Shown one piece after another: positions 52,776 to 64,000 of a DNA stretch of 64,000 bases. Position 1 is the stretch's first letter, and each line of letters starts with the position of its first letter. The stretch spans positions 4,293 to 68,292 of the forward strand of contig JBEKQS010000002.1 of assembly GCA_049519475.1 (NCBI GenBank), in the 5' to 3' direction. The notes under the pieces are model-generated. The model saw nothing but the letters and a program-made list of their open reading frames with translations. It did no database searches and was not told the DNA's origin. Source of the stretch: Bryobacteraceae bacterium (GTDB lineage Bacteria; Acidobacteriota; Terriglobia; Bryobacterales; Bryobacteraceae). The position numbers and the translations under genes are program-made.

Positions 52776-54296
52776 ATGGCTCAAATTCGAGCGGACGAAA
52801 TAACCAGCATTCTGCGCCAGGAGATCGAGAATTACGAGCGGGCGATCGACGTCACCGAAACCGGCTCGGTCATCTCCGTGGGCGACGGCATCGCCAGAAT
52901 CCATGGCCTGGAAAAGGTGATGGCGGGCGAACTGATCGAGTTCCCGCACGATGTCGCCGGCATCGCCATGAACCTGGATGAAGACCAGGTGGGCGCGGTG
53001 CTGCTGGGCGATTTCGCGGAGATCAAAGAAGGCGACGAGGTTCGCCGCACGGGCCGCATTATGTCGGTGCCGGTGGGCGAGGCTCTGATTGGCCGCGTGG
53101 TCGACGCCCTCGGCAAACCCATCGACGGCAAAGGTCCCGTCCTCACGGACCAGTTCAATCCGGTGGAACGCCTGGCCCCCGGCGTGGTGGCGCGCCAGCC
53201 CGTGAAAGAGCCGATGCAGACCGGCATCAAGGCCATCGACGGCATGATCCCCATCGGTCGCGGCCAGCGCGAGCTCATCATCGGCGATCGCCAGACCGGC
53301 AAGACCGCCATCGCGCTCGACGCCATCATTAATCAAAAGGGCGGCGACATGATTTGCATCTATGTCGCCATCGGCCAGAAGCGCTCGACGGTGGCCCAGG
53401 TGGTCAAGACGCTCGAAGACCACGGCGCCATGGAATACACCATCGTGGTCTCGGCATCGGCCTCCGACCCGGCGCCCATGCAGTACCTGGCGCCCTTCTC
53501 CGGTTGCGCCATGGGCGAGTACTTCCGCGACAGCAAGAAGCACGCGCTCTGCATTTACGACGATCTCTCCAAGCACGCCGCGGCGTATCGCGAAATCTCG
53601 CTGCTGCTCCGCCGCCCGCCCGGGCGCGAAGCCTTTCCCGGCGACGTTTTCTATCTGCATAGCCGCCTGCTGGAGCGCGCCGCCAAGTTGAACAACGAAA
53701 ACGGCGGCGGTTCGCTCACCGCACTGCCGTTCATCGAGACGCAGGCCGGCGACGTTTCAGCGTATATTCCGACCAATGTCATTTCAATCACCGACGGGCA
53801 AATCTTCCTCGAAACCGATCTATTCAACTCCAATATCCGCCCGGCCATCAACGTCGGCATTTCAGTCAGCCGCGTGGGCGGCAACGCCCAGACCAAGGCC
53901 ATGAAGACCATTGCCGGCAGCCTGCGACTGGATCTGGCGCAATACCGCGCGCTGGCGGCCTTCGCGCAATTCGGCTCCGATCTGGACAAAGCGTCGATCG
54001 ATCAGCTCAACCGCGGCAAACACCTGGTGGAGATTCTCAAGCAGGGTCAATACCAGCCGCTGCCGCTCGAAAAGCAGGTTCTCATCATCTTCGCCGGCGT
54101 CAAGGGCCACCTGGACGATCTCCCGGTGGAACAGTGCCGCAAGTTCGAGGAGGAGCTATACCGCTTCGTCGACAACGCTCACCGCCCGCTGTTCGATGAG
54201 ATCCGCACCAAGAAAGCTCTGGATGACGCGCTTACCGCCAAGGTGACCGAGGTCATCAAAGAATTCAAAGCCCGCTTCCTGGCGGAGAAGAAGTAA
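52776..54296 (+). CDS. atpA: F-type ATP synthase subunit alpha
   Basis: [18 protein letters not shown] (P-loop)...[42 protein letters not shown]. Confidence 0.97.
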   Translation: MAQIRADEITSILRQEIENYERAIDVTETGSVISVGDGIARIHGLEKVMAGELIEFPHDVAGIAMNLDEDQVGAVLLGDFAEIKEGDEVRRTGRIMSVPVGEALIGRVVDALGKPIDGKGPVLTDQFNPVERLAPGVVARQPVKEPMQTGIKAIDGMIPIGRGQRELIIGDRQTGKTAIALDAIINQKGGDMICIYVAIGQKRSTVAQVVKTLEDHGAMEYTIVVSASASDPAPMQYLAPFSGCAMGEYFRDSKKHALCIYDDLSKHAAAYREISLLLRRPPGREAFPGDVFYLHSRLLERAAKLNNENGGGSLTALPFIETQAGDVSAYIPTNVISITDGQIFLETDLFNSNIRPAINVGISVSRVGGNAQTKAMKTIAGSLRLDLAQYRALAAFAQFGSDLDKASIDQLNRGKHLVEILKQGQYQPLPLEKQVLIIFAGVKGHLDDLPVEQCRKFEEELYRFVDNAHRPLFDEIRTKKALDDALTAKVTEVIKEFKARFLAEKK

Positions 54297-54302
54297 AAGA
54301 AG

Positions 54303-55163
<861 letters not shown>

Positions 55164-55176
55164 AAAAAGAATGAGC

Positions 55177-56740
<1,564 letters not shown>

Positions 56741-56741
56741 C

Positions 56742-57149
56742 ATGGCCGACTTACTCGAACTGGAAATTGCGACGCCGGCACGCCAATTGGTGCACGAGCA
56801 GGTTTCCGACGTGCAGATCCCCGGCAAGGACGGCTATCTGGGGATTCTGCCCGGCCACGCCGCGCTGCTGGGCCTGCTGGGCGCCGGCGCGCTGAGCTAC
56901 GCCGCGGGCGGCGGCGCAAGGCGCTATCTGGCGATTGCCGGCGGCTTTCTGGAAGTATTGGAAGACCACGTGCGCGTGCTGGCAGATTCAGCCGAGCGCG
57001 CCGAGGACATCGACGTGGACCGCGCGAAGTCGGATTTGCAGCGAGCGCAGGAGCAGTTAGCCAGCACCGCCGCCGACACCGATCCGGCCGTCGCGCTGGC
57101 GGCGGTGAACCATGCACAGGCACGCATCGACGCGGTGGAGCGGCGCTAG
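56742..57149 (+). CDS. atpC: F-type ATP synthase subunit epsilon
   Basis: LELEIATPARQLVHEQVSDVQIPGKDGYLGILPGHAALLGLL...AEDIDVDRAKSDLQRAQE. Confidence 0.9.
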   Translation: MADLLELEIATPARQLVHEQVSDVQIPGKDGYLGILPGHAALLGLLGAGALSYAAGGGARRYLAIAGGFLEVLEDHVRVLADSAERAEDIDVDRAKSDLQRAQEQLASTAADTDPAVALAAVNHAQARIDAVERR

Positions 57150-57490
57150 GGGGAGTAGTCAGTTTGCCCCGGCGCCCAACGATCGCTCAGGCGGTCGGTG
57201 CACAGAAGGGCCTGCCGCAGGACTGATCGGCACAGGACAGCCACCCTTCCCAGATGTGGATTTCCTGAGGTTCTTGGTGTCCACTTCCGCGGTATGGGCG
57301 TTTTGCGTCCGAGTGGTCTGCCCCTGCCGGTCGAAGGTGAGATCACATCGAGCTCTCTCGCGCCGCTTTGAGGCGCTTTACGGTAAGCCCACTTGCGAGG
57401 AAGTAGCCGCAGCCGGATCTCTGCCTCGTTTCCAGGACACTCATCAGGCGAGTTGCGGTTAGTGCAGCCTCGGAACAGTTGGCACTCGCC

Positions 57491-57519
57491 TTGACATTGC
57501 CGGGGCTTGGGAATAAGTG
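57491..57519 (+). promoter_or_regulatory. Sigma-70-like promoter candidate
   Basis: TTGACA-N17-TAAGTG, 16 nt upstream of the ATG at 57535. Confidence 0.3.
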
Positions 57520-57534
57520 TGTACTGGTGTGCCC

Positions 57535-57993
57535 ATGAAAAAACTCGCTAAGAGTTTCGGCGTTATTGCCATCGGCGCCGTAGCTGCCGCACTTGCGTTT
57601 AGCCAGCAAGGAGCACCGGACGACTTCACGCACGTCGTGCGGTTGAACAAGACGTGGTCGTCAGCCGATGGGGATAGCATCACGGTCGAAGAGGTACGAG
57701 GCCCCTCTTCAAACTGGATCACCGGCGCCCAATACGAGGTGGTAGGCAGATACAAGCTCACCTCGCGAGACAAGGCGGGGCTTGGGGTATTCCTGACAAC
57801 CTCCAGCAGACGTACCAAGCCCCCGGTTTCACCGCAGCAGGCGATGGAGGTTTTCAAAGGCGAAGGACAGTTCCGGCTCCGCGTGCGCATCTGGTACGAA
57901 TTGGCTGATTGTGGGATCGGCTCCCCCTGCGGTCCCCATGTCAGCCTCTACCCTGTCCCGCGTGGAGAAGCATTTCTAGATGCCTATTTCTAA
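57535..57993 (+). CDS. Secreted hypothetical protein (152 aa)
   Basis: MKKLAKSFGVIAIGAVAAALAFSQQ signal peptide. No family recognised. Confidence 0.55.
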   Translation: MKKLAKSFGVIAIGAVAAALAFSQQGAPDDFTHVVRLNKTWSSADGDSITVEEVRGPSSNWITGAQYEVVGRYKLTSRDKAGLGVFLTTSSRRTKPPVSPQQAMEVFKGEGQFRLRVRIWYELADCGIGSPCGPHVSLYPVPRGEAFLDAYF

Positions 57994-58242
57994 TCCTGGA
58001 ATCTAGGCTCATGATGGATCGGCAACTAGCGGCAGTTCCCGGAAGCCTCATCTCCCCGAATGGTCCGAATCCCGTGCTTGTAGCCCCTCGAATCGCTGTT
58101 TAAGGCAGAGGGTGTCAGCATTATCGGCAGGTAGACGGGGGTATGCCGGTCACTTGTGAGCCACTTGGCTGTTTTGTCGCCATCCCGTACACATGGTATC
58201 GTCGGGCCGGCGCTCAGAAGTATTGAGAGAGCGAGGCTTCAG

Positions 58243-58731
58243 TCACGATTCACCAAGTTCCGACAGAACCTCTGCGTAAAGATCGGGGCCTATCCAGAAT
58301 CGAGCAGTCTGGATCAATTCATCGAGTACCGGTTTCGCCAAATCGATGAGACCAGCTCGCTTGGCAGCCGCTACGACACCGAGCAAGCCAGTGATAGCCA
58401 AGCCCGCCGCGCTGGCCGCCCGGCGCCCTCGCCTTTCATCCACCAGCAGGAGGTCGGCTCGAAGTTCGATTGCGAGCACGATTGCTTCGGCCTCGCCAAA
58501 GTCCAGGTACTCGCGGAGCTCTTGTACGCGCTTCCGGTCGTTTGCAGTTGCTACTCTCAGCCACGGCTGTGCAGGAAGGTCGATCGCAGGCGGCAGGTCA
58601 CTCTTGGAGCGCATTAGTTCCTCATACACGGCAGACGGAATCAGGACTTGGCGATAAAGCAAAGCCAGGAGATCAAGTCGTCCTATGCGCGCAAGATTCA
58701 GGACCGGCGATGTGTCGGAGACGACGATCAA
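58243..58731 (-). CDS. DUF3368 (PIN-like) putative toxin
   Basis: MIVVSDTSPVLNLARIGRLDLLALLYRQVLIPSAVYEEL...GEAEAIVLAIELRADLLLVDERRGRRAA...GLLGVVAAAKRAGLI is a typical DUF3368 sequence. Confidence 0.8.
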   Translation of the reverse strand: MIVVSDTSPVLNLARIGRLDLLALLYRQVLIPSAVYEELMRSKSDLPPAIDLPAQPWLRVATANDRKRVQELREYLDFGEAEAIVLAIELRADLLLVDERRGRRAASAAGLAITGLLGVVAAAKRAGLIDLAKPVLDELIQTARFWIGPDLYAEVLSELGES

Positions 58732-58973
58732 GTCCGTTCCGTCTGGCGCAGAGCTTGAAGATCCTCCCGGAATTCCACCACTCCGTAATGGATGGGAATC
58801 CGGCGCTCCGCCATCAATGCCTGAAAGGCGAGCTGGCTGATCCCGGCCAGACTACTCGCTTGTCCGAGTGTCAGCCGCTCCTGCTGGAACAGAGCTAATG
58901 CAAGCTCCTGCTTCAGCTCAGGCTCGGTAATGTGAGCCGCTGTGAGGATTTCATCTGGGATCGTGACCGGCAT
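58728..58973 (-). CDS. UPF0175 family putative antitoxin
   Basis: MPVTIPDEILTAAHITEPELKQELALALFQQERLTLGQASSLAGISQLAFQALMAERRIPIHYG. 4-nt overlap with the DUF3368 gene. An alternative start is at 58988. Confidence 0.78.
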   Translation of the reverse strand: MPVTIPDEILTAAHITEPELKQELALALFQQERLTLGQASSLAGISQLAFQALMAERRIPIHYGVVEFREDLQALRQTERT

Positions 58974-59128
58974 CTTCTTCTTTTGCATTATACCGCTCTT
59001 GCTCTCCAGGTCCGCCCGATTCGGCATTCCACGGCCTCCGCCTGTAATTCGGCCCAGACCGCGCCAGCCACAATCACAGTTCTGTAATGCTGGCAGGAGA
59101 AGTAGAGTGCCGCTGTTCCGACTGCCCG

Positions 59129-61522
59129 CTAGTCGCAGCGTAGCGCCACCATCGGGTCGACGCGCGTCGCGCGGCGCGCCGGCAGCCACGCGGCTACAAC
59201 CGTAAGCGCGGTCACGGCAGCCGCACTGATTGCATAGATGCGCGGGTCGAGCGGCGATACACCCAGCACCATCGTGCGGGCGGAACGCGCCGCCAGGCCC
59301 AGCAGTCCCAGCCCAAACGGCACTCCCCACGCTGCCATGCGCAGCGATTCGCCCAGGATCATCCGCTGGATCTCGCCCGGACGCGCGCCCAGCGCCATCC
59401 GCAGACCCAGCTCGCGCGTCCGCCGGTTCACCGAATACTGCACCACGCCGAAGAGGCCCGCCGCGGTCAACAGAACGCCGAACGCTCCCATCCCCGAGGC
59501 CACCGAGGCCATCATGCTGTCCCACGAAAGCGCCTGGTCCATCTGGCGGCGCAGCGTGCTCGCGTCATACACCAGGCTTCGCGGGTCGAAGCGCTTCAGC
59601 TCCTGGCGCGCGGCACGCTCCAGCAGCGCCGGCTCGCCGGCCGTTTCGACCATGAACGTCACGTCTCCCAGCGGCATTTGGGCGTACGGCAGAAAAAGAT
59701 ACGGCGAGGGCTCTTCATGCAGCGAGTTGGAGGGTGCGTCCTCGGCGATCCCCACCACCTGGCGCTGCTTCGCATTGACCGAAATCCACTGGCCCAGCGG
59801 GTTCCGCCCGGGTAGCATCTGGCGCGCCAGTGTCTGAGAGACCACCGCGACCGGCGGGCTGCCTTCACGGTCGCCCGGCTCAATGCCGCGGCCCGCCATC
59901 ACGCGGGTGCCCATCAGCTTGAAATAGTTGCCACCCACATTGTTTGCCAGAACATCAAGTGGTGGCTGGCCGGCGGCTTCCACGCGGACCGACCACCCGC
60001 CGCCCGAACCTGAGAGCGGCAACCTTCGGGCGTAAGTGACCCCGCGGACTCCCGGCAGAGCGGCCAACCGCTCGCAAGCCGGTTCGGCCCAGGTAGCGGC
60101 AGTCCCGCGCCAATCCTGAGCCACCGCCAGCACCAGCAGGTTCTTGTGCGGATCCAGGCCCGGCCGCACTGCCGCGGCGTTGCGCAGGCTCGAAACGAAC
60201 AGCACCGCGCAGCCCGCCAGCGCCACGCTCACTGCCACCTGGCCCACGATCAACACTCTCCGCTGCCATCCACCCCGCATTCCGGCAGCCCCCTGTTCGG
60301 ACTTCAGCACTTCCGAAATGTTCAGCCGCAGGGCGTGCCGGGCCGGCGCCAAACCGGCCAAAATCACCGAAAGCAGCAGGGCGGCCACGGCGTAGAGCAG
60401 CACGCGCGTGTTCAAGGCGATTCCGAAATCGACGTGAACCTCGGCAGCCGAAATGAACTGAGCGACTTTCTTCATGAATATGTCCGCCACCCCGAGGCCC
60501 AGCCCGGCCCCCGCGACGCTCAGCACAGCGGTCTCTACCAGCAGTTGACGCGTCACCCTCCACCCACTCGCGCCCAACGCGATCCTGACGCCGAGTTCCT
60601 TGCGGCGTGTCTCGGCCTGTGCCAGCCGCAACTGCGCCACGTTGGCGCAAGCCACAAAAAGAATGGCTCCCAGGATCAGCAGCAGGCCGCCGCCGAAGAT
60701 CAGGTTGGCCGCCCATTTAAACGCATATTTCGATTCCAGAATCGTGCCCGTGGCGCCGGCGGGCGCGGGCTTGTGCTTTCCTTCGCCGCGAATGGCGGCA
60801 TCCAGCACGGCCGCGGCATGCGGCGCGCTCACGCCCGGCTTGAGTCGCGCCACCAGGTAGAATTGGCCATTCCGCGATTGTTGCTCGCGGCGGTCGAAGA
60901 CCGTGAACCAGGCGTCGGTGCTGAGCCAGATGTCTGTCACCACGCCGCGTGTCAGCCCGGTGAACTGGGCCGGCATCACGCCAGCCACCAGGAAAGCATG
61001 CTTGTTCAGCAGAACGGTCTTGCCGACCACGTGCGGGTCGCCGCCGAAACGCTTCAGCCAGAGCTGGTGGCCCAGCACGGCCTGGGGCCGGCCTTCGGCC
61101 GCCTCCACCGAGGCCACGCCCAGCTCAGCCCGTAAGCCTAGCACCACGAAGTAATTCGGCGTGACCGGGCTGGTGAGAGGGAACGAATTCTCTTCGGCGC
61201 CGCCCAACATAGTGGCACGACGTTGGAAGGCCACCAGGCTCATCAGGCCATCGCCCGCCTGGGCCATGTCCTGGTAATCCGGCCAGCCATAGGAATCAAA
61301 AAGCTGCCCATCATCCGCGCGGGATATTACATTTACCAGTTCCGCCGGCCGTTCCACGGCGATCGGGCGCAACAGCGCGGCGTCCACCACGCTGAAGATA
61401 CCGGCGGTCAAGCCAATCCCCAACGCCATCGACAATACGGACAGCGCCGTAGCCCCGGGGCTCTTGGCGAGCAGGCGCATCGCCACGCGAAGGTCCTGCC
61501 ATAGTGACGCGAGTGGTTCCAC
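59129..61522 (-). CDS. ADOP-type duplicated FtsX/MacB-like ABC transporter permease
   Basis: LWQDLRVAMRLLAKSPGATALSVLSMALGIGLTAGIFSVVDAALLRP.... Two MacB_PCD/FtsX halves in 797 aa, ending in ...RATRVDPMVALRCD. No ATPase gene is adjacent. Confidence 0.88.
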   Translation of the reverse strand: MEPLASLWQDLRVAMRLLAKSPGATALSVLSMALGIGLTAGIFSVVDAALLRPIAVERPAELVNVISRADDGQLFDSYGWPDYQDMAQAGDGLMSLVAFQRRATMLGGAEENSFPLTSPVTPNYFVVLGLRAELGVASVEAAEGRPQAVLGHQLWLKRFGGDPHVVGKTVLLNKHAFLVAGVMPAQFTGLTRGVVTDIWLSTDAWFTVFDRREQQSRNGQFYLVARLKPGVSAPHAAAVLDAAIRGEGKHKPAPAGATGTILESKYAFKWAANLIFGGGLLLILGAILFVACANVAQLRLAQAETRRKELGVRIALGASGWRVTRQLLVETAVLSVAGAGLGLGVADIFMKKVAQFISAAEVHVDFGIALNTRVLLYAVAALLLSVILAGLAPARHALRLNISEVLKSEQGAAGMRGGWQRRVLIVGQVAVSVALAGCAVLFVSSLRNAAAVRPGLDPHKNLLVLAVAQDWRGTAATWAEPACERLAALPGVRGVTYARRLPLSGSGGGWSVRVEAAGQPPLDVLANNVGGNYFKLMGTRVMAGRGIEPGDREGSPPVAVVSQTLARQMLPGRNPLGQWISVNAKQRQVVGIAEDAPSNSLHEEPSPYLFLPYAQMPLGDVTFMVETAGEPALLERAARQELKRFDPRSLVYDASTLRRQMDQALSWDSMMASVASGMGAFGVLLTAAGLFGVVQYSVNRRTRELGLRMALGARPGEIQRMILGESLRMAAWGVPFGLGLLGLAARSARTMVLGVSPLDPRIYAISAAAVTALTVVAAWLPARRATRVDPMVALRCD

Positions 61523-61662
61523 GAGGGTCGTAAGCTCCTACCGTTATGACGAACATATCGCCAATTTGTTCACGATATTCCGGTAAGAATATATCACATC
61601 TCGCGGCGGAGATCCGCGGAACCCCGAACATCTTCGTCTGTATGGTGGGCGATACTGGTACC

Positions 61663-62724
61663 ATGAGTGCTCTCCTGACGCCTTTTGCGCTTCGTGAAAT
61701 CCTGTTTCGCAACCGCATCGCCGTTTCGCCGATGTGCCAGTATTCGAGCGAAGACGGATTTGCCAATGACTGGCACCTGGTCCACCTGGGCAGCCGCGCC
61801 GTGGGCGGGGCTGCACTGGTGATGACCGAAGCCGCCGCGGTCGAAGCTCGCGGCCGCATCTCACCCCAGGACCTGGGCATCTGGAAGGACGAGCACGGCG
61901 AGTTCCTGGCTCGCATCGCGGCATTTGTGCGGCAACAGGGCGCGGTGGCGGGCATCCAACTGGCGCACGCCGGGCGCAAGGCTTCGACACGCCGGCCATG
62001 GGATGGCGACGGCGTGATTCCCGAATCGGACGGCGGATGGCGGGCCGTGGCGCCCAGCGCGATTCCCTTTAATCCGGGCGATCCCGCGCCGGCGGAATTA
62101 TCGAAAGCGGAGATCCGGGGCATTGTGGATGCGTTCGTCGCGGCCGCTCGCCGCGCGCTCCGCGCCGGCTTCCAGGTGGCGGAGATTCACGCCGCGCACG
62201 GATACCTGGTGCACGAATTTCTCTCGCCGTTGAGCAACCAGCGCACCGACGAATATGGCGGCGCGTTCGAGAACCGCATCCGCCTGGCGCGCGAAGTGGC
62301 CGAAGCGGTGCGCGCGGTGTGGCCGGCCGGCCTGCCGCTGTTCGTGCGCATCTCAGCCACGGACTGGGCGCCGGGCGGCTGGGACATCGATGAGTCGGTC
62401 GAACTGGCGCGGCGGTTGAAGGCCGTGGGCGTCGACCTGATCGACTGCTCATCGGGAGGCGCGGTGCCGCACCAGAAGATCGCGCTGGGCCCCGGCTACC
62501 AGGTGCCCTTCGCGGCGCGCATCCGCAAAGAAGCCGGAGTGGCGACGGGCGCGGTCGGCATGATCACCACGCCGCGGCAGGCCGAGGAAATCCTGAGCGC
62601 GGGACAAGCCGACCTGGTCCTTCTGGCGCGCGAGTTTCTGCGCGACCCATATTTCCCGCTGCACGCCGCGAAAGCGCTGGGCGGGGAAGTGAAGCCGCCG
62701 TCACAGTATTTGCGCGCGTTCTGA
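61663..62724 (+). CDS. Old Yellow Enzyme family NADH:flavin oxidoreductase (YqjM/NamA-like)
   Basis: Internal ATG at 61663. LFRNRIAVSPMCQYSSEDGFANDWHLVHLGSRAVGGAALVMTEAAAV...HAAHGYLVHEFLSPLSNQRTDEYGG. Confidence 0.9.
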   Translation: MSALLTPFALREILFRNRIAVSPMCQYSSEDGFANDWHLVHLGSRAVGGAALVMTEAAAVEARGRISPQDLGIWKDEHGEFLARIAAFVRQQGAVAGIQLAHAGRKASTRRPWDGDGVIPESDGGWRAVAPSAIPFNPGDPAPAELSKAEIRGIVDAFVAAARRALRAGFQVAEIHAAHGYLVHEFLSPLSNQRTDEYGGAFENRIRLAREVAEAVRAVWPAGLPLFVRISATDWAPGGWDIDESVELARRLKAVGVDLIDCSSGGAVPHQKIALGPGYQVPFAARIRKEAGVATGAVGMITTPRQAEEILSAGQADLVLLAREFLRDPYFPLHAAKALGGEVKPPSQYLRAF

Positions 62725-62765
62725 CTTCATTCGCTTGGGGCGGAGCTACAATTGCCTAGGGCATT

Positions 62766-64000
<1,235 letters not shown>

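Noticed and set aside
57112-57633. ORFs 57112-57462 (+), 57146-57346 (-) and 57343-57633 (-) in the post-atpC spacer
   Set aside because: No motifs or RBS are present, the sequences are Cys/Arg-rich and odd, and the ORFs overlap one another. I treat the region as non-coding, and a possible regulatory or RNA element there is unresolved.

Overview
High-GC chromosomal window, most consistent with an Acidobacteriota genome. This is inferred from a VWFA-related 'acidobacterial-type' secreted protein, an ADOP-type duplicated FtsX permease and a PEP-CTERM protein. Most large ORFs lying antisense to the genes below are GC-driven shadow ORFs.

Gene map:
- 1-10.1 kb: flagellar genes. fliO'-fliN-flgE-flgD-fliK lie on the minus strand, divergent from flgF-G-A-H-I-J. 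Then come fliS-flaG (minus) with a sigma-28-like promoter.
- 10-22 kb: VWA protein, a triple-RidA lipoprotein, a TPR/PPC protein, an amino-sugar module (GNAT remnant, WecE-like transaminase, methyltransferase, ArnC-like GT2), divergent dut/thyX, and two secreted hypotheticals.
- 21.9-22.4 kb: a disrupted DUF4258/DUF2283 toxin-antitoxin pair.
- 22.5-31.7 kb: the most unusual locus. A PAS/sigma-54 activator is divergent from small redox-type proteins and three tandem membrane-anchored multiheme cytochromes: a 9-heme c::b fusion, a 3-TM NapC/NirT-type protein and a 19-heme c::b fusion.
- 31.8-47.9 kb: vapBC, rhodanese, murA-murQ bracketed by an inverted 66-bp repeat, quinone oxidoreductases, an orphan histidine kinase, an M24 peptidase, a frameshifted PEP-CTERM gene, an outer-membrane barrel, a GT2/methyltransferase pair, an ankyrin protein and an MFS pump.
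- 48.4-50.2 kb: a CocE/NonD hydrolase pseudogene.
- 51.2-57.1 kb: an F1Fo atp operon (b', b, delta, alpha, gamma, beta, epsilon) without the a and c subunits.
- 57.1-64 kb: a small accessory islet with a UPF0175/DUF3368 TA pair, an ADOP permease, an OYE flavoenzyme and a partial glycoside hydrolase.

Four families of dispersed palindromic repeats occupy intergenic sites. No rRNA, tRNA, CRISPR array or transposase was recognised.
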